A stretch of DNA of 64,000 bases, from IMG/VR virus record IMGVR_UViG_3300025840_003125, one strand, 5' to 3'. This stretch comes from a virus. Shown here one piece after another: positions 27,343 to 37,583 of the stretch (position 1 is the first letter of the stretch; each line of letters starts with the position of its first letter). The translations under genes and the position numbers were made by a program. The notes beneath the pieces are model-generated. The model saw only the letters and a list, made by a program, of their open reading frames with translations. It was not told where the DNA came from and did no database searches.

Positions 27343-27363
27343 TATTTATTATCAACATAAATA
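27343..27363. promoter_or_regulatory. divergent T4-type late promoters (gp4 / gp2)
   Basis: AATAAATA on minus (27343-27350) and CATAAATA on plus (27356-27363), each 5-6 nt from an ATG. Confidence 0.7.
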
Positions 27364-27368
27364 GTAGT

Positions 27369-27923
27369 ATGGCAAGTGTATTTGACACAATCAAACAAAG
27401 AGCAGGAGACGCTCAAAAATCTGCTACTTGGTATAGAACGCAAGTAAATAAAATAGCGAGTGGCACAACTGCTAAACAATTGTTTAGACAAAACAAACTA
27501 AATGGTCGTCCTAGCGTAGGTAGATTGAACTTGTTTGGGTACAATCCTAAATTAAGAAAAACTCTACCTTATTATGACGTGTTCCCATTAGTGTTGCCAT
27601 TAGAACCAATATCAGGTGGGTTTATGGGTATGAACTTTCACTATTTGCCACCTCTATTGAGATTTAAACTATTAGAACGTATGCAGGCAAGAGCGTCTGA
27701 TACAAGATTTGATAAGAATACAAGATTTGAAGTCAACTATGATGATGTAAAGAATGTGAAAATAGTAAAACCAACAATAAAGAAATATTTGTACTCATAT
27801 GTACAGACAGGTTTTTTAAGAATAAATGCTGATGAGGCTGCAACAGCGATTTATCTACCTGTACAAAGATTTAAAAAGGCGTCTGTAGGACAAGTCTATG
27901 CAGATAGTAGGAGATTTATTTAA
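27369..27923 (+). CDS. gp2: DNA end protector protein
   Basis: YNPK...LPYYDVFPLV...GMNFHYLPP..R. Confidence 0.85.
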   Translation: MASVFDTIKQRAGDAQKSATWYRTQVNKIASGTTAKQLFRQNKLNGRPSVGRLNLFGYNPKLRKTLPYYDVFPLVLPLEPISGGFMGMNFHYLPPLLRFKLLERMQARASDTRFDKNTRFEVNYDDVKNVKIVKPTIKKYLYSYVQTGFLRINADEAATAIYLPVQRFKKASVGQVYADSRRFI

Positions 27924-29023
27924 TGTCATTAATTAGTATAGGCAAAAGAATAGGTGACATGGATATACGATTAGGTATACCACCTAGTAAACCACAATTC
28001 AGTACAACAGAAACAAATAAAAGATTCTCATATAACAACGTATCATCTAATTACAATTCTGTATTCAATCAATTTAGATCAGGTCTAACAGGTGCTGGTG
28101 GGTTGGCTAGACCTACGCAGTTTCTATGTACGATTGATGGACCACAAAGTAAAACATTACCACGTGATTACGTTTATGCTGACCCTACAGGTGGTAAGAA
28201 GGCTGCTGCTAGAATGGCAAAGAGTGCTAGATTAGCAGGTGCAATAAAAGAGAATTTACAATTAAGAATGGATCTATTCTGTTCTAACGTATCATTGCCA
28301 GGTAAAACAATTACAGATGATGTGAATGAAACATACTATGGTCCTAAAAGAGCGATAGCAAAGAATGTTAGTTTTGAAGAGGTTACATTAGAATTTTATA
28401 CAAGTGTTAACTATGATGAACGATTATATTTTGAGGCATGGCAAAACTCTATCGTAGATCCTATTACTCACAACGTGGGTTACTATGATGACTACGCTAC
28501 ACCATGTATGATTACGATTACACCATTACATAAATCATTTACAGCAGCTCTTGCTAACTTTGAGCCATCAGGTGACGCAGTAAAAGATAGGGAAAGAATA
28601 CGTAAGAGTTTAGGTGACTCATCTGGTTTTACGTCATATCAGGTACAGATGTACGAAGTATGGCCTAAAACTATTGCTTCAACACCATTGTCATATGACG
28701 CTCAAAATCAATTAGTAAAAACAAGTGTAACATTTACATATAGAAATTATGCTACATCAGCATGGAACTATTTAAGACAAGGTATGGATGTAGAGAATAG
28801 AAGAAACAAAAAAAATAGAGAAGAATATAGATCAAATACTACAGCACTACAAACTAACTTTTTAGATAACTTACCATTTGGTATAGGTAACGAGATAGGT
28901 AGAGCAGGTAGACAAGTCTATGAAAAGTTAAGAAGAAATTTGCCTATTGGGCGAGTAACGGGAGGGCGTGTGTTCCCGAAAGGTCTGCCAGACCCTAAAA
29001 TCATACGTGATATATTATATTAA
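27923..29023 (+). CDS. gp54: baseplate tail-tube initiator (gp54/gp19-like)
   Basis: GLARPTQF, CSNVSLPG, FEAWQ, GYYDDY, EVWPKTI...VTFTYR. Confidence 0.7.
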   Translation: MSLISIGKRIGDMDIRLGIPPSKPQFSTTETNKRFSYNNVSSNYNSVFNQFRSGLTGAGGLARPTQFLCTIDGPQSKTLPRDYVYADPTGGKKAAARMAKSARLAGAIKENLQLRMDLFCSNVSLPGKTITDDVNETYYGPKRAIAKNVSFEEVTLEFYTSVNYDERLYFEAWQNSIVDPITHNVGYYDDYATPCMITITPLHKSFTAALANFEPSGDAVKDRERIRKSLGDSSGFTSYQVQMYEVWPKTIASTPLSYDAQNQLVKTSVTFTYRNYATSAWNYLRQGMDVENRRNKKNREEYRSNTTALQTNFLDNLPFGIGNEIGRAGRQVYEKLRRNLPIGRVTGGRVFPKGLPDPKIIRDILY

Positions 29024-29034
29024 AGGAGTAAATA

Positions 29035-29751
29035 ATGCTTAATTTTATGAAGACGCCTGAACATGACTTGATATTGTCAAACGGTGTGAAGGTAAAGTAC
29101 AGACCATTTTTAGTAAAAGAAGAAAAGATTTTATTGATGTCTGTAGAGAACAATGTAGAACAGGAGATGGTTAATACACTAATTAAAACTGTTCAAACTT
29201 GTGTATTGACAGATGGTATTGACGTTACAAAGTTACCAGTTTATGATTTTGAATGGTTATGGTTAAACATAAGATCAAAGTCAATAGGTGAAACTGTACA
29301 ACTTAAACTAAAATGTCCAGATGATGAAACACAGGTTGTAGATTATGATTTTAATATTGAGAGTGTAAAACCAGACTTTAGTAAAAAGGTGGACACACAT
29401 ATACCTTTTTCAAAAGATTACGGTGTGATAATGAAAGTGCCTACTATAATTGAAGTGTCGAATAAGAAGACTATTATTGACCTTACAGTTAATTTAATGA
29501 GGGATTGTATTGCTCAGATTTACAATGGTGATGAAGTGTTTGAAACTTCAGACCTTGAAGCAAAAGAACTTGAGCAGTTTGTTGACAACTTGACTATGCC
29601 ACAATTCAAAAAACTAAAAGATTTTTTTGAAACGTTGCCTATCATAAGTCACAAAATAAAATACAAGAACCCTAAATCAGGTGTAGAGCATGAGTTATTA
29701 TTACAAGGGGCTTCTGATTTTTTTCAGTTACCCTCTTACATGAAAGCCTAG
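29035..29751 (+). CDS. gp26: baseplate hub assembly chaperone
   Basis: VKYRPFLVKEEKILL, IRSKSIGE, CPDD, FFETLP, L.G.SDFF. Confidence 0.9.
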   Translation: MLNFMKTPEHDLILSNGVKVKYRPFLVKEEKILLMSVENNVEQEMVNTLIKTVQTCVLTDGIDVTKLPVYDFEWLWLNIRSKSIGETVQLKLKCPDDETQVVDYDFNIESVKPDFSKKVDTHIPFSKDYGVIMKVPTIIEVSNKKTIIDLTVNLMRDCIAQIYNGDEVFETSDLEAKELEQFVDNLTMPQFKKLKDFFETLPIISHKIKYKNPKSGVEHELLLQGASDFFQLPSYMKA

Positions 29752-29915
29752 AGAGTTTTTATAGGACAAACTTTGCTTTAATGCAATACCATAAATACTC
29801 ATTAGGTGACCTTGAAGGAATGTTACCATGGGAGAGGGAAATATATGTTGACTTATTGTTACAACATATACGAGAAGAAAACGAGAAGATAAGAGAAAAA
29901 CAAAGAGGGAGATAA
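29724..29915 (+). CDS. gp51: gp51-like baseplate assembly protein, probably reached by -1 frameshift from gp26 (internal ATG at 29781)
   Basis: Frame reads SVTLLHESLESFYRTNFALMQYHKYSLGDLEGMLPWEREIYVDLLLQHI...; conserved-looking part starts before the only ATG. Confidence 0.75.
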   Translation, partial: SVTLLHESLESFYRTNFALMQYHKYSLGDLEGMLPWEREIYVDLLLQHIREENEKIREKQRGR

Positions 29916-29916
29916 T

Positions 29917-30216
29917 ATGAACTTTTTAAAAAATATGTTAACTACAGGTTGGCTAGGTTTTAAATACGGATGCAAATCATTATGGCATTTTATTGAGGTA
30001 GAGATACCTGAATTGATGTCTAACTGGAGACTAGTACCAAGACTATTAATGCTTGCTTATGGTTGGGCATTTTTAGATGTAATCAATTGGTTTATGGCAC
30101 TAGAGAATCCTAACAACGCACAGGCAGGGTTAGTGTCAGTAGTCGTTGGGGCTGGTGCAGGTTGGTTTGCAATATACGTAAACGGTAAACCATCAAAAGT
30201 AAAGAATAAAGAATAA
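29917..30216 (+). CDS. two-TM membrane protein (possibly holin-like)
   Basis: WRLVPRLLMLAY...QAGLVSVVVGAGAGWFAIY, basic C-terminus. Confidence 0.55.
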   Translation: MNFLKNMLTTGWLGFKYGCKSLWHFIEVEIPELMSNWRLVPRLLMLAYGWAFLDVINWFMALENPNNAQAGLVSVVVGAGAGWFAIYVNGKPSKVKNKE

Positions 30217-31892
30217 TGGCAGCACAAGTCGAATCCAAGGTCTTTAAAAAGGCTTCAGCAGAGAACTTTAAGTCGATTCTAAAAAGACAAAAAGAAGATG
30301 AATCTGATCCTAAGTTTGCTATATCTGACTCGTTACAAGAGTACCAATCTCAATTAGAGAGGTCTGCTGGTTACACGAGTCAGGCAAAGTTGAATGACGC
30401 ACAAATACGACAAGAGATAATCAACTTTGTTATAGACTATTCTGTTGTTGAACTTGACTCTTTGAAAGGTATGGATTTTGATGACGCAAAAACTCAACAA
30501 CAAACTACAGAAAAAACAATCAAAGAGTATGAAGGTCTATTTAAGAAAGGTATTATTTCAGAGGAAGAACTTGCATATATCCAAGAAACTGTAGGTAAAA
30601 CGAATGCTGAATTAAAAAAAGTATTAGGGTTATCAACTAAATTATCATTATCATTTAGAGATTTTAAGAAAGAATTAAAACCACTTAAACTTGCTAAACG
30701 TATAGGTCTTACAAATGTTCCTATTATAGGCAAAAGAATAGAAAGAGCAATTGAGTCTGAAGAAAGAGCAGAGCAAAGAGGTATATCTGCTAAAAGACAA
30801 TTGCGTAGAAAAGAAACAAAAGGTTCTTTAAAACAAGGCGATAGCACATCAACAGCTGCAGGTACAAAAGGTGGTAGAGAAGATATAGCAAAAGACGCAA
30901 CTGCTGGGTCGTTAGGTATGGATCTTATGCCTGATACTGCCGATAGTGGTCTTGCAGATAGTGAAGAGGCAACTGAACAAGAAAGAGAATCAGATAAACA
31001 ATTTGATACATCATCAGGTTTATTAGAAAAGATTTACGAAGAATCAAAACTTACAAACGAACTATTAGGTGGTAAAAAAGAAGACGATAAAGGTTTCTTT
31101 GAGGGCGTAGGTAATGCCTTGTTACCACTTGCAGCCTTATCAACATTAGGTGGTACAATTACAGGTGCAATCACAGGACTAGGTAGTACACTTGCAGGCT
31201 CAGTAAGAAGTATGTTAGGTCTACCACCAAAAGCACCTAAAGGACCTGTGGGTGCAAAACCAAAGGTACTTGGTACTGGTTCAGGCACTACAGCAGTAAC
31301 AAGCACAGGTGCAGATAAAAAAGATTTAAAGACTAAAACAAAAACAGGTTCACTTGTTAAAAACAATCTTAAAAAAGGTGTCAAGGTAGCAGGTAAAGTG
31401 GCAGGTGGTGCTGCTAGAGTTGCAGGACGTGTATTCTTACCTCTTGCTGCTGTTATGGGCATGTTTGACGCTGCTAAAGGTGTTGCAGAAGCAGGTGATT
31501 TACTTGACAAAGAAGAAGGTGAAGAACTAACATTTAGAGATAAAGCGTCATCAGGTTTTGCTGGGTTCTTATCAGGTTTAACATTAGGATTAGTAGATAA
31601 GAAAAAGACTGCTAAGTTTCTTGCAGGCGATAGTGACTCACCATCAATTGCTGATCAACATAATGATTTGGGTCTTGTAAAGAACGATCAAAAGACGCTT
31701 GACAAGGTAGAAGAATTAAAGGCAGATAAAATAGAGAAATTAACAATAGGTAATGGTGAGGCTGGTACTATAATTAACAACATTAATAACAGCTCATCTA
31801 ATACAACAAATAAAACAGAATACGGTTCAACAAACATAGGAACAACAAATCCAGATAGTACAGTTAAAGATCAATCTGTGATGATACCTTAA
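30216..31892 (+). CDS. baseplate hub / tape-measure-like protein (gp29-like)
   Basis: Helical, Gly/Ala-rich hydrophobic segments; position between gp26/51 and gp48. Confidence 0.55.
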   Translation: MAAQVESKVFKKASAENFKSILKRQKEDESDPKFAISDSLQEYQSQLERSAGYTSQAKLNDAQIRQEIINFVIDYSVVELDSLKGMDFDDAKTQQQTTEKTIKEYEGLFKKGIISEEELAYIQETVGKTNAELKKVLGLSTKLSLSFRDFKKELKPLKLAKRIGLTNVPIIGKRIERAIESEERAEQRGISAKRQLRRKETKGSLKQGDSTSTAAGTKGGREDIAKDATAGSLGMDLMPDTADSGLADSEEATEQERESDKQFDTSSGLLEKIYEESKLTNELLGGKKEDDKGFFEGVGNALLPLAALSTLGGTITGAITGLGSTLAGSVRSMLGLPPKAPKGPVGAKPKVLGTGSGTTAVTSTGADKKDLKTKTKTGSLVKNNLKKGVKVAGKVAGGAARVAGRVFLPLAAVMGMFDAAKGVAEAGDLLDKEEGEELTFRDKASSGFAGFLSGLTLGLVDKKKTAKFLAGDSDSPSIADQHNDLGLVKNDQKTLDKVEELKADKIEKLTIGNGEAGTIINNINNSSSNTTNKTEYGSTNIGTTNPDSTVKDQSVMIP

Positions 31893-31903
31893 TAAATATT
31901 AAT

Positions 31904-33016
31904 ATGAAAGCATTTAAAGCACTAACAACACTTATCAACGGCCTGAAGAACAAAGGCAACGTTTTACAAGGTCGTAATATACCATCATTTAGAACGATAG
32001 CAAGTAAAGCAGGTGTTATCAATTATAACCCTGGTAATGCAGATTACACATCAACAAGACACTCAATGAGCAATAACTTTTTTGTGTACCCTATAAACCA
32101 TGAAGACCAAGAGCATTACATGTTATTTGATATTATAGAACGTGTAGCTGAAGAAGGTGGTGCAGGTAATAATAGAAGTGTAGGTAATCAATACTTAACA
32201 AAAAGAGCAGATAACCTTAACAAGGTCGTGTACAATGCAAATAGATTTTTTGGTGAAGGTTCTTCTAACATAGGATTCGGTATACCTACAGGTAAAGGTT
32301 CTGCTAGAAATATAAAAAATACAATTGCAATATACATGCCACAAACATTAAAATTCAATATGCAGGCAGACTATGGTGCTGAAGAGGTTGGTATGATAAC
32401 AGGTGCAATGGCAAAACTAAAAGACGCAGTTAATAGTGGTAAATTCTTTGGGTCAGATTTAGGATCAATTACAGCACAATTAGGTAAGGCTGTATCAGGT
32501 GTAGGTGCATTTGCCTCTGGTGGTCTATTGTCAGGTACACAGGCTGCATTGCAACGTAGAACAGGTATTGCCCCAGCAGCCATGCAAGAGATGATATTCA
32601 ATGGCATAGATTACAGAAATTTTAGTTTTACATTTAAATTTACACCACGTAGTAAAGAAGAATCAGATGTGGTTAATAAGATATTACATGCTATCAAAGA
32701 CGCTATGTTGCCTGAAAGATACGGTGACGGTAGTAGTATTGCAGCCTACAAGGTGCCACATGAATTTGTAATTAGATTTATGAAAGGTACAGCAATCAAC
32801 CCATACATAGATCAAATAGGATTGTGTGCTTGTACAGGTGTTGATATAGATTATGGCTCAGACAAATTTAGTACACACCCTAGTGGTGATCCTGTGTCAA
32901 TAGACGCAACATTAAGTTTTAGAGAACTAGAACTAATGGAAAGAAAACGTTACAACGAATTAAGATTGTCAGCAAGCAACGCACCGTCAGCTGCTGAAAC
33001 AAAGGGGGCTAGATAA
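31904..33016 (+). CDS. gp48: baseplate tail-tube cap
   Basis: IAIYMP, F.GIDYRNFSFTFKFTPRSKEE, LSFRELE. Confidence 0.85.
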   Translation: MKAFKALTTLINGLKNKGNVLQGRNIPSFRTIASKAGVINYNPGNADYTSTRHSMSNNFFVYPINHEDQEHYMLFDIIERVAEEGGAGNNRSVGNQYLTKRADNLNKVVYNANRFFGEGSSNIGFGIPTGKGSARNIKNTIAIYMPQTLKFNMQADYGAEEVGMITGAMAKLKDAVNSGKFFGSDLGSITAQLGKAVSGVGAFASGGLLSGTQAALQRRTGIAPAAMQEMIFNGIDYRNFSFTFKFTPRSKEESDVVNKILHAIKDAMLPERYGDGSSIAAYKVPHEFVIRFMKGTAINPYIDQIGLCACTGVDIDYGSDKFSTHPSGDPVSIDATLSFRELELMERKRYNELRLSASNAPSAAETKGAR

Positions 33017-33546
33017 TGCCATCATATTTTGAGAACTTTCCTAAAATTTACTATGACGCAGTAGGCAAAGGTGATTACAAGTTAGTCACAAACCTATTAA
33101 GACGTGTACAGATTAAAGAAGGATTAAGTGAAACGGCTGCTCTATTTGATCTATATGACATAGGTGGTGAAGACACACCAGAGTCAGTATCAGAGCAGTT
33201 TTATGGCGATCAACGATATTACTGGATAATATTGTTATTCAACAAAGTCAAAGATAGATTTTATGATTGGCCTTTACCTCAAGCACAGTTTGAGCAATAT
33301 GTAAATGACAAGTACAATGCACCTAATGGCATACATCATTACGAAGTTGCTCAGTCTTCTGGTTCAACATCTTCATTTGACGACTCACATATGATAGAAG
33401 TAAACAGCACCGTGTCAGGTGCTACGTCTGTTTCTAATTACGAGTATGAATTACGAATACAAAATAAGAAGGCAAGGATCAAACTAATCAAACCAGAATT
33501 TTTAGAACTGATTACACAAGAATTTAAAACCTTGATAGGAGGATAA
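33016..33546 (+). CDS. gp53: baseplate wedge subunit
   Basis: YFENFPKIYY, DTPESVS..FYGD..YYWIILLFN, DWPL, IHHYE. Confidence 0.9.
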   Translation: MPSYFENFPKIYYDAVGKGDYKLVTNLLRRVQIKEGLSETAALFDLYDIGGEDTPESVSEQFYGDQRYYWIILLFNKVKDRFYDWPLPQAQFEQYVNDKYNAPNGIHHYEVAQSSGSTSSFDDSHMIEVNSTVSGATSVSNYEYELRIQNKKARIKLIKPEFLELITQEFKTLIGG

Positions 33547-33547
33547 G

Positions 33548-35539
33548 ATGGCCGATAAGGCAGCTCCCAAATATGATGACCTGAACAACAGATTCCCTGG
33601 CGATTTTAGAGCAGGTGAGATAATACTTTACAGTTACGGTGGTTCGCAGTTAGAAATATCAGGTATGACAGCCGTAGTCAACGTCTACCAAGATTTAGAT
33701 TCAGCATTTTTATCAGGCAACCTCATGTTCATAGACAGCGTAGGTGCAGTTAATAAGTTGCCTATCATAGGTAACGAGTTTTTAGAGTTTAAATTTAGAA
33801 CACCTATAGACGCAGGTGGTGATGAAGAAATGAACGCTACAAACCACAGATTTCAAGTATATGAAAAACGATCAGTAAGATCAACACAAAACTCACAGGC
33901 TGTTGCCTTATTCTTTACATCAATCGAATCAATACGAAATGAGCGAATACGTGTATCAAAATCATTAACAGGATCATATGCAGAAATGGTTGACAAGATA
34001 GTCAAATCAGACAAATCCTTGCTCAACTCTAAAAAAGACCTATTCATTGACCCTACAAAAGGCGTGTACAAATACACGTTTCCTAATTGCAGACCTGCTG
34101 AAGGTGTAAGGCACATGACGTTTATGTCAGAGCCAGTCAATTACAAAACACCTGATTATATGTTCTATGAAAACAATAGAGGTTTTCATTTTAGATGTTT
34201 AGAGTCATTGTATAGAGAGAGTGGTGACACATCACGTAACAGACCATTTGTTGCCTTTGTAGACCTATTGTCAGCGTTTAATCCTAACTTTAGTACACCA
34301 GACGTAGAGTCAGAGTCGCCTATAACTAAACCATATTCATTTTCATTTAACGACTCATATAACACATTAAAAAATACAAGACGAGGCATGTTCGGTAGTG
34401 TGACCTATGCACACGACCTAATAGATAAGAAATTTGTAAAGAGTAAATTGACATACACAAACTACTATGAACAGGCATTACACATAGACGCACCGACAGG
34501 TGCTGGTGCAGTATATCAAGGTATCATGCCACCTGGGCCTGCTGACTTTGATGATGACTATACAATAGATGATAAATCATATGGTTCAAAAAACAAACAC
34601 CAGATCAATAGACTACATGCTAGTAAATTGACCAAGGCGTCAAGTGCTGACAATCGTAAGTACATGGATGATTATTTTGCTCGTGTATTTGTTGTACCTG
34701 ATACTAAATCAAATCACATTTTCAATAGTGAGGGTATGGGATCAGATCCTAGAATGACAGGAAAACAGAATTTATCAGAAGCAACGAGAGATTACTTCTC
34801 AATGAATATAGACGTACCAGGTAACTTTACATACAATGTAGGTGACCTAGTATGGTGTGAAGTGCCATCATATAACGCTGCAGATATGACAACAGATAAT
34901 AAGGTTATGAGAGAAGACGTGATAGACCCATTCCTTACAGGTCGTTATCTAATATCTAAATTACACCATCAAATTGATATGATAGATCAGAAACACACTA
35001 CAGCGATGACTGTGGTTAGAAACGTATTTGCTAATGATTTACCAAATGCTGATACATTTAAAGCAGGTGCTCACTTTAGATCACAACCTATAGATGTAAT
35101 CGGGTCAGGTGTAGATATATCAACGTTAACACCTATTAAGAACAAATTAGACGGCAAAATACCGTCACCACAGATTAGTAACGTAAATGACATTGCTAAG
35201 AAGTTAGGCGTAGATTTGAATAGTAGTGACATGTCCATCAAGGATGCCGCTAATAAGGCGGTTAATAACGTCCTAAACAGTACTTCCAATAGAGTTTTGA
35301 TGAACGAACACCTTGCAAAGATCAATAGCACAATACTACAAAGAAAGACCGTAGTAGAGAAAATTGCAGAAAAGGCTAAACTAGCATTAGGAGGCATAAA
35401 CCTCAGTAACGTAAACAACATACCACCATCAATGAGGGGCTCAATGCAAGGGAATATCAATAGCTTTGTACAATCTAGTATGGTTGCCTTTAAGAAGAAC
35501 TTATCTAGTGCTAAGAGTTTTTTTAAAGGATTCTTCTAG
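33548..35539 (+). CDS. baseplate hub protein (gp27-like)
   Basis: LPIIGNE, YMFYEN..GFHF, VPGN....VGD, GRYLI..LHH; between gp53 and gp5. Confidence 0.65.
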   Translation: MADKAAPKYDDLNNRFPGDFRAGEIILYSYGGSQLEISGMTAVVNVYQDLDSAFLSGNLMFIDSVGAVNKLPIIGNEFLEFKFRTPIDAGGDEEMNATNHRFQVYEKRSVRSTQNSQAVALFFTSIESIRNERIRVSKSLTGSYAEMVDKIVKSDKSLLNSKKDLFIDPTKGVYKYTFPNCRPAEGVRHMTFMSEPVNYKTPDYMFYENNRGFHFRCLESLYRESGDTSRNRPFVAFVDLLSAFNPNFSTPDVESESPITKPYSFSFNDSYNTLKNTRRGMFGSVTYAHDLIDKKFVKSKLTYTNYYEQALHIDAPTGAGAVYQGIMPPGPADFDDDYTIDDKSYGSKNKHQINRLHASKLTKASSADNRKYMDDYFARVFVVPDTKSNHIFNSEGMGSDPRMTGKQNLSEATRDYFSMNIDVPGNFTYNVGDLVWCEVPSYNAADMTTDNKVMREDVIDPFLTGRYLISKLHHQIDMIDQKHTTAMTVVRNVFANDLPNADTFKAGAHFRSQPIDVIGSGVDISTLTPIKNKLDGKIPSPQISNVNDIAKKLGVDLNSSDMSIKDAANKAVNNVLNSTSNRVLMNEHLAKINSTILQRKTVVEKIAEKAKLALGGINLSNVNNIPPSMRGSMQGNINSFVQSSMVAFKKNLSSAKSFFKGFF

Positions 35540-35842
35540 TATGCTCAAAGTTTATTGCGAGTTTAGAAAAAAATTTCCATATAAGGGTATGGCCACATGA
35601 GAGGACACAATAGAATAGACCTACAAACAATGTAAGAACGAACTATTACAAACTTACAAAGGACCAAAGACAATTTGAACAATATGAAAGAAATATACAC
35701 AAAAAGATCAATGAATATAAGAGGTATCAACGATAGGCCTCTAATAAGTGCTTCGCACCGCGGCGCCTACGCAATCCTTTTAAATACGGATAAATATAAG
35801 GAGGTGACCGCTTTAAATACGGTCATTTATGGGAAAAAATAA

Positions 35843-36934
35843 ATGAGTACTACAGATTTTATGGGCAGAGATGGCTTCATCTGGTTTACAGGTGTCGTTG
35901 AGGATAGAAAAGACCCACTTAAATTGGGCCGAGTAAGAGTAAGATGTCTAGGTTATCACACGGAAGACAAAGAGGCCTTACCTACTACAGATTTACCTTG
36001 GGCACATCCAATGTTGCCAATTACTGCCAGTGGCACATCTGGCATTGGGCAAACTCCCCTTGGCCTTTTAGAAGGCTCGTGGGTGGTTGGTTTCTTTAGG
36101 GACGCAGATACTAAACAAGACGCAGTAATTATGGGGAGTTTGCCAGGCAGACCCATTACTACAGGCGCACAGAATTTAGCAGAGGGCCTTGGGTTTAGCG
36201 ACCCTAATGGCAATTACCCACGTTACGCAGGCGAATCAGATGTTAATAGACTAGCACGGAATGACGCAGATAATCAGAGCATTACGCTAGAAGCACGTAA
36301 GACATTTAGAGCGGCCTCTTATACAAATATACCTAGTGCAAATATACTCCCTATCGCAGATGGCATAGTAGATATAGCACAGTCGGAGGGTGATGTATGG
36401 TCCTTACCTGAAAATACATATGCAACTGAATACCCATACGGCCATGTATATGAGAGCGAATCAGGCCATCTATTAGAGTTTGACGATACACCAGACCAAG
36501 AGCGTATTCTATTATATCATCATAGTGGTACTGAAACAGAAATCACGGCCGAAGGAACAAAGAACGAAGTAAACAAAGATTCAACTCATACGATAACCGA
36601 GAAAGACAATAAGGTCTATATCAAAGGGTCCTCTGACCTAACAATCGGTGGTCGCCATAAGATAACAATAAACGCTGATGGTGCTGCTAATAACAATTAC
36701 GATATACAGGTAGGGCCTAACGCTAATGTCAATATACAAGTAGATAAAGGTAACATTAATATGGCCGCTTTAGATGGTGATATTAATATGTTTGCTAATA
36801 ACAATATGAATGTAAGAGTAGGTGGTACGTATAAACTTGTTGCTGGTAAGATATTAGAAACATCACAAAGTACAACCACACGTAGCGCTCAGAATGAGTA
36901 TCACACGTATGGTAACCCAATTGACCACAACTAA
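35843..36934 (+). CDS. gp5: baseplate central spike (gp5 OB-fold and beta-helix, no lysozyme domain)
   Basis: WFTGVVEDRKDPLKLGRVRVRC.GYH, LPWA, GSWVVGFFRD, YPYGHVYESESGH..EFDDTP. Confidence 0.9.
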   Translation: MSTTDFMGRDGFIWFTGVVEDRKDPLKLGRVRVRCLGYHTEDKEALPTTDLPWAHPMLPITASGTSGIGQTPLGLLEGSWVVGFFRDADTKQDAVIMGSLPGRPITTGAQNLAEGLGFSDPNGNYPRYAGESDVNRLARNDADNQSITLEARKTFRAASYTNIPSANILPIADGIVDIAQSEGDVWSLPENTYATEYPYGHVYESESGHLLEFDDTPDQERILLYHHSGTETEITAEGTKNEVNKDSTHTITEKDNKVYIKGSSDLTIGGRHKITINADGAANNNYDIQVGPNANVNIQVDKGNINMAALDGDINMFANNNMNVRVGGTYKLVAGKILETSQSTTTRSAQNEYHTYGNPIDHN

Positions 36935-37012
36935 AACTGGCTAGGCTTTCTAATCTATAAAAGTAGTAAGTAACATAGAGATATAACGAAGCGGTATTTT
37001 ATGGTTTTATAT

Positions 37013-37162
37013 ATGAGAATTTTTTTCGTGCTATTTTTTGTGTTATTAGTCGGCTGTGTCAAAGTGTCGGTATCATGTAAAGTAGATAATATAGATGAAA
37101 TCGCATCCGCGGTCGAAGACTGTAAAGAACAACCTAACATGGCTATATCAAAGGAGTTTTAG
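37013..37162 (+). CDS. small lipoprotein (49 aa, not in ORF track)
   Basis: MRIFFVLFFVLLVGC lipobox; two further Cys. Confidence 0.6.
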   Translation: MRIFFVLFFVLLVGCVKVSVSCKVDNIDEIASAVEDCKEQPNMAISKEF

Positions 37163-37186
37163 AAGTTATTACTTTTATACATAGTT

Positions 37187-37516
37187 ATGTTGAAACCCAA
37201 AGGAACCATGCTAGAGCTAACAGATAACGCAATAAAGAGATTAACTTACATTGCCAATAAGGCAGGCACTCGTTATGTGAGATTAGACATTAAGGGTGGT
37301 GGATGTGCAGGCTTTGAATATAAGTGGAGTACTACGGATACAAGGGAAGATACTGATTGTTTATTAGGCGATATATTAGTAGCGTCTTTAGAATTAGAGA
37401 TGTACTTATTAGGTACAACGCTTGATTGGGTAGAGGAAGAGTTTAGTAGTGAATTTAAGATAACTAATCCTAATAGTAAAAGTAGTTGTGGCTGTGGGGA
37501 GAGTTTTAGCGTCTAG
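37187..37516 (+). CDS. iscA: A-type Fe-S carrier (IscA/SufA/HesB family)
   Basis: GGGCAGFEY, NPN..SSCGCGESF; start probably 37208. Confidence 0.9.
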   Translation: MLKPKGTMLELTDNAIKRLTYIANKAGTRYVRLDIKGGGCAGFEYKWSTTDTREDTDCLLGDILVASLELEMYLLGTTLDWVEEEFSSEFKITNPNSKSSCGCGESFSV

Positions 37517-37583
37517 GAACTATCGTTAAAAATTTTTCGCTTTACTGTGCGAATACTTTGATGTTAACTTGTGCGGAAACTAT

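Noticed and set aside
35684-35842. 52-codon ORF in frame with gp5, separated by a single TAA (possible readthrough)
   Set aside because: No SD, atypical codons running through hairpins, and gp5 has a normal N-terminus; probably chance, although not excluded
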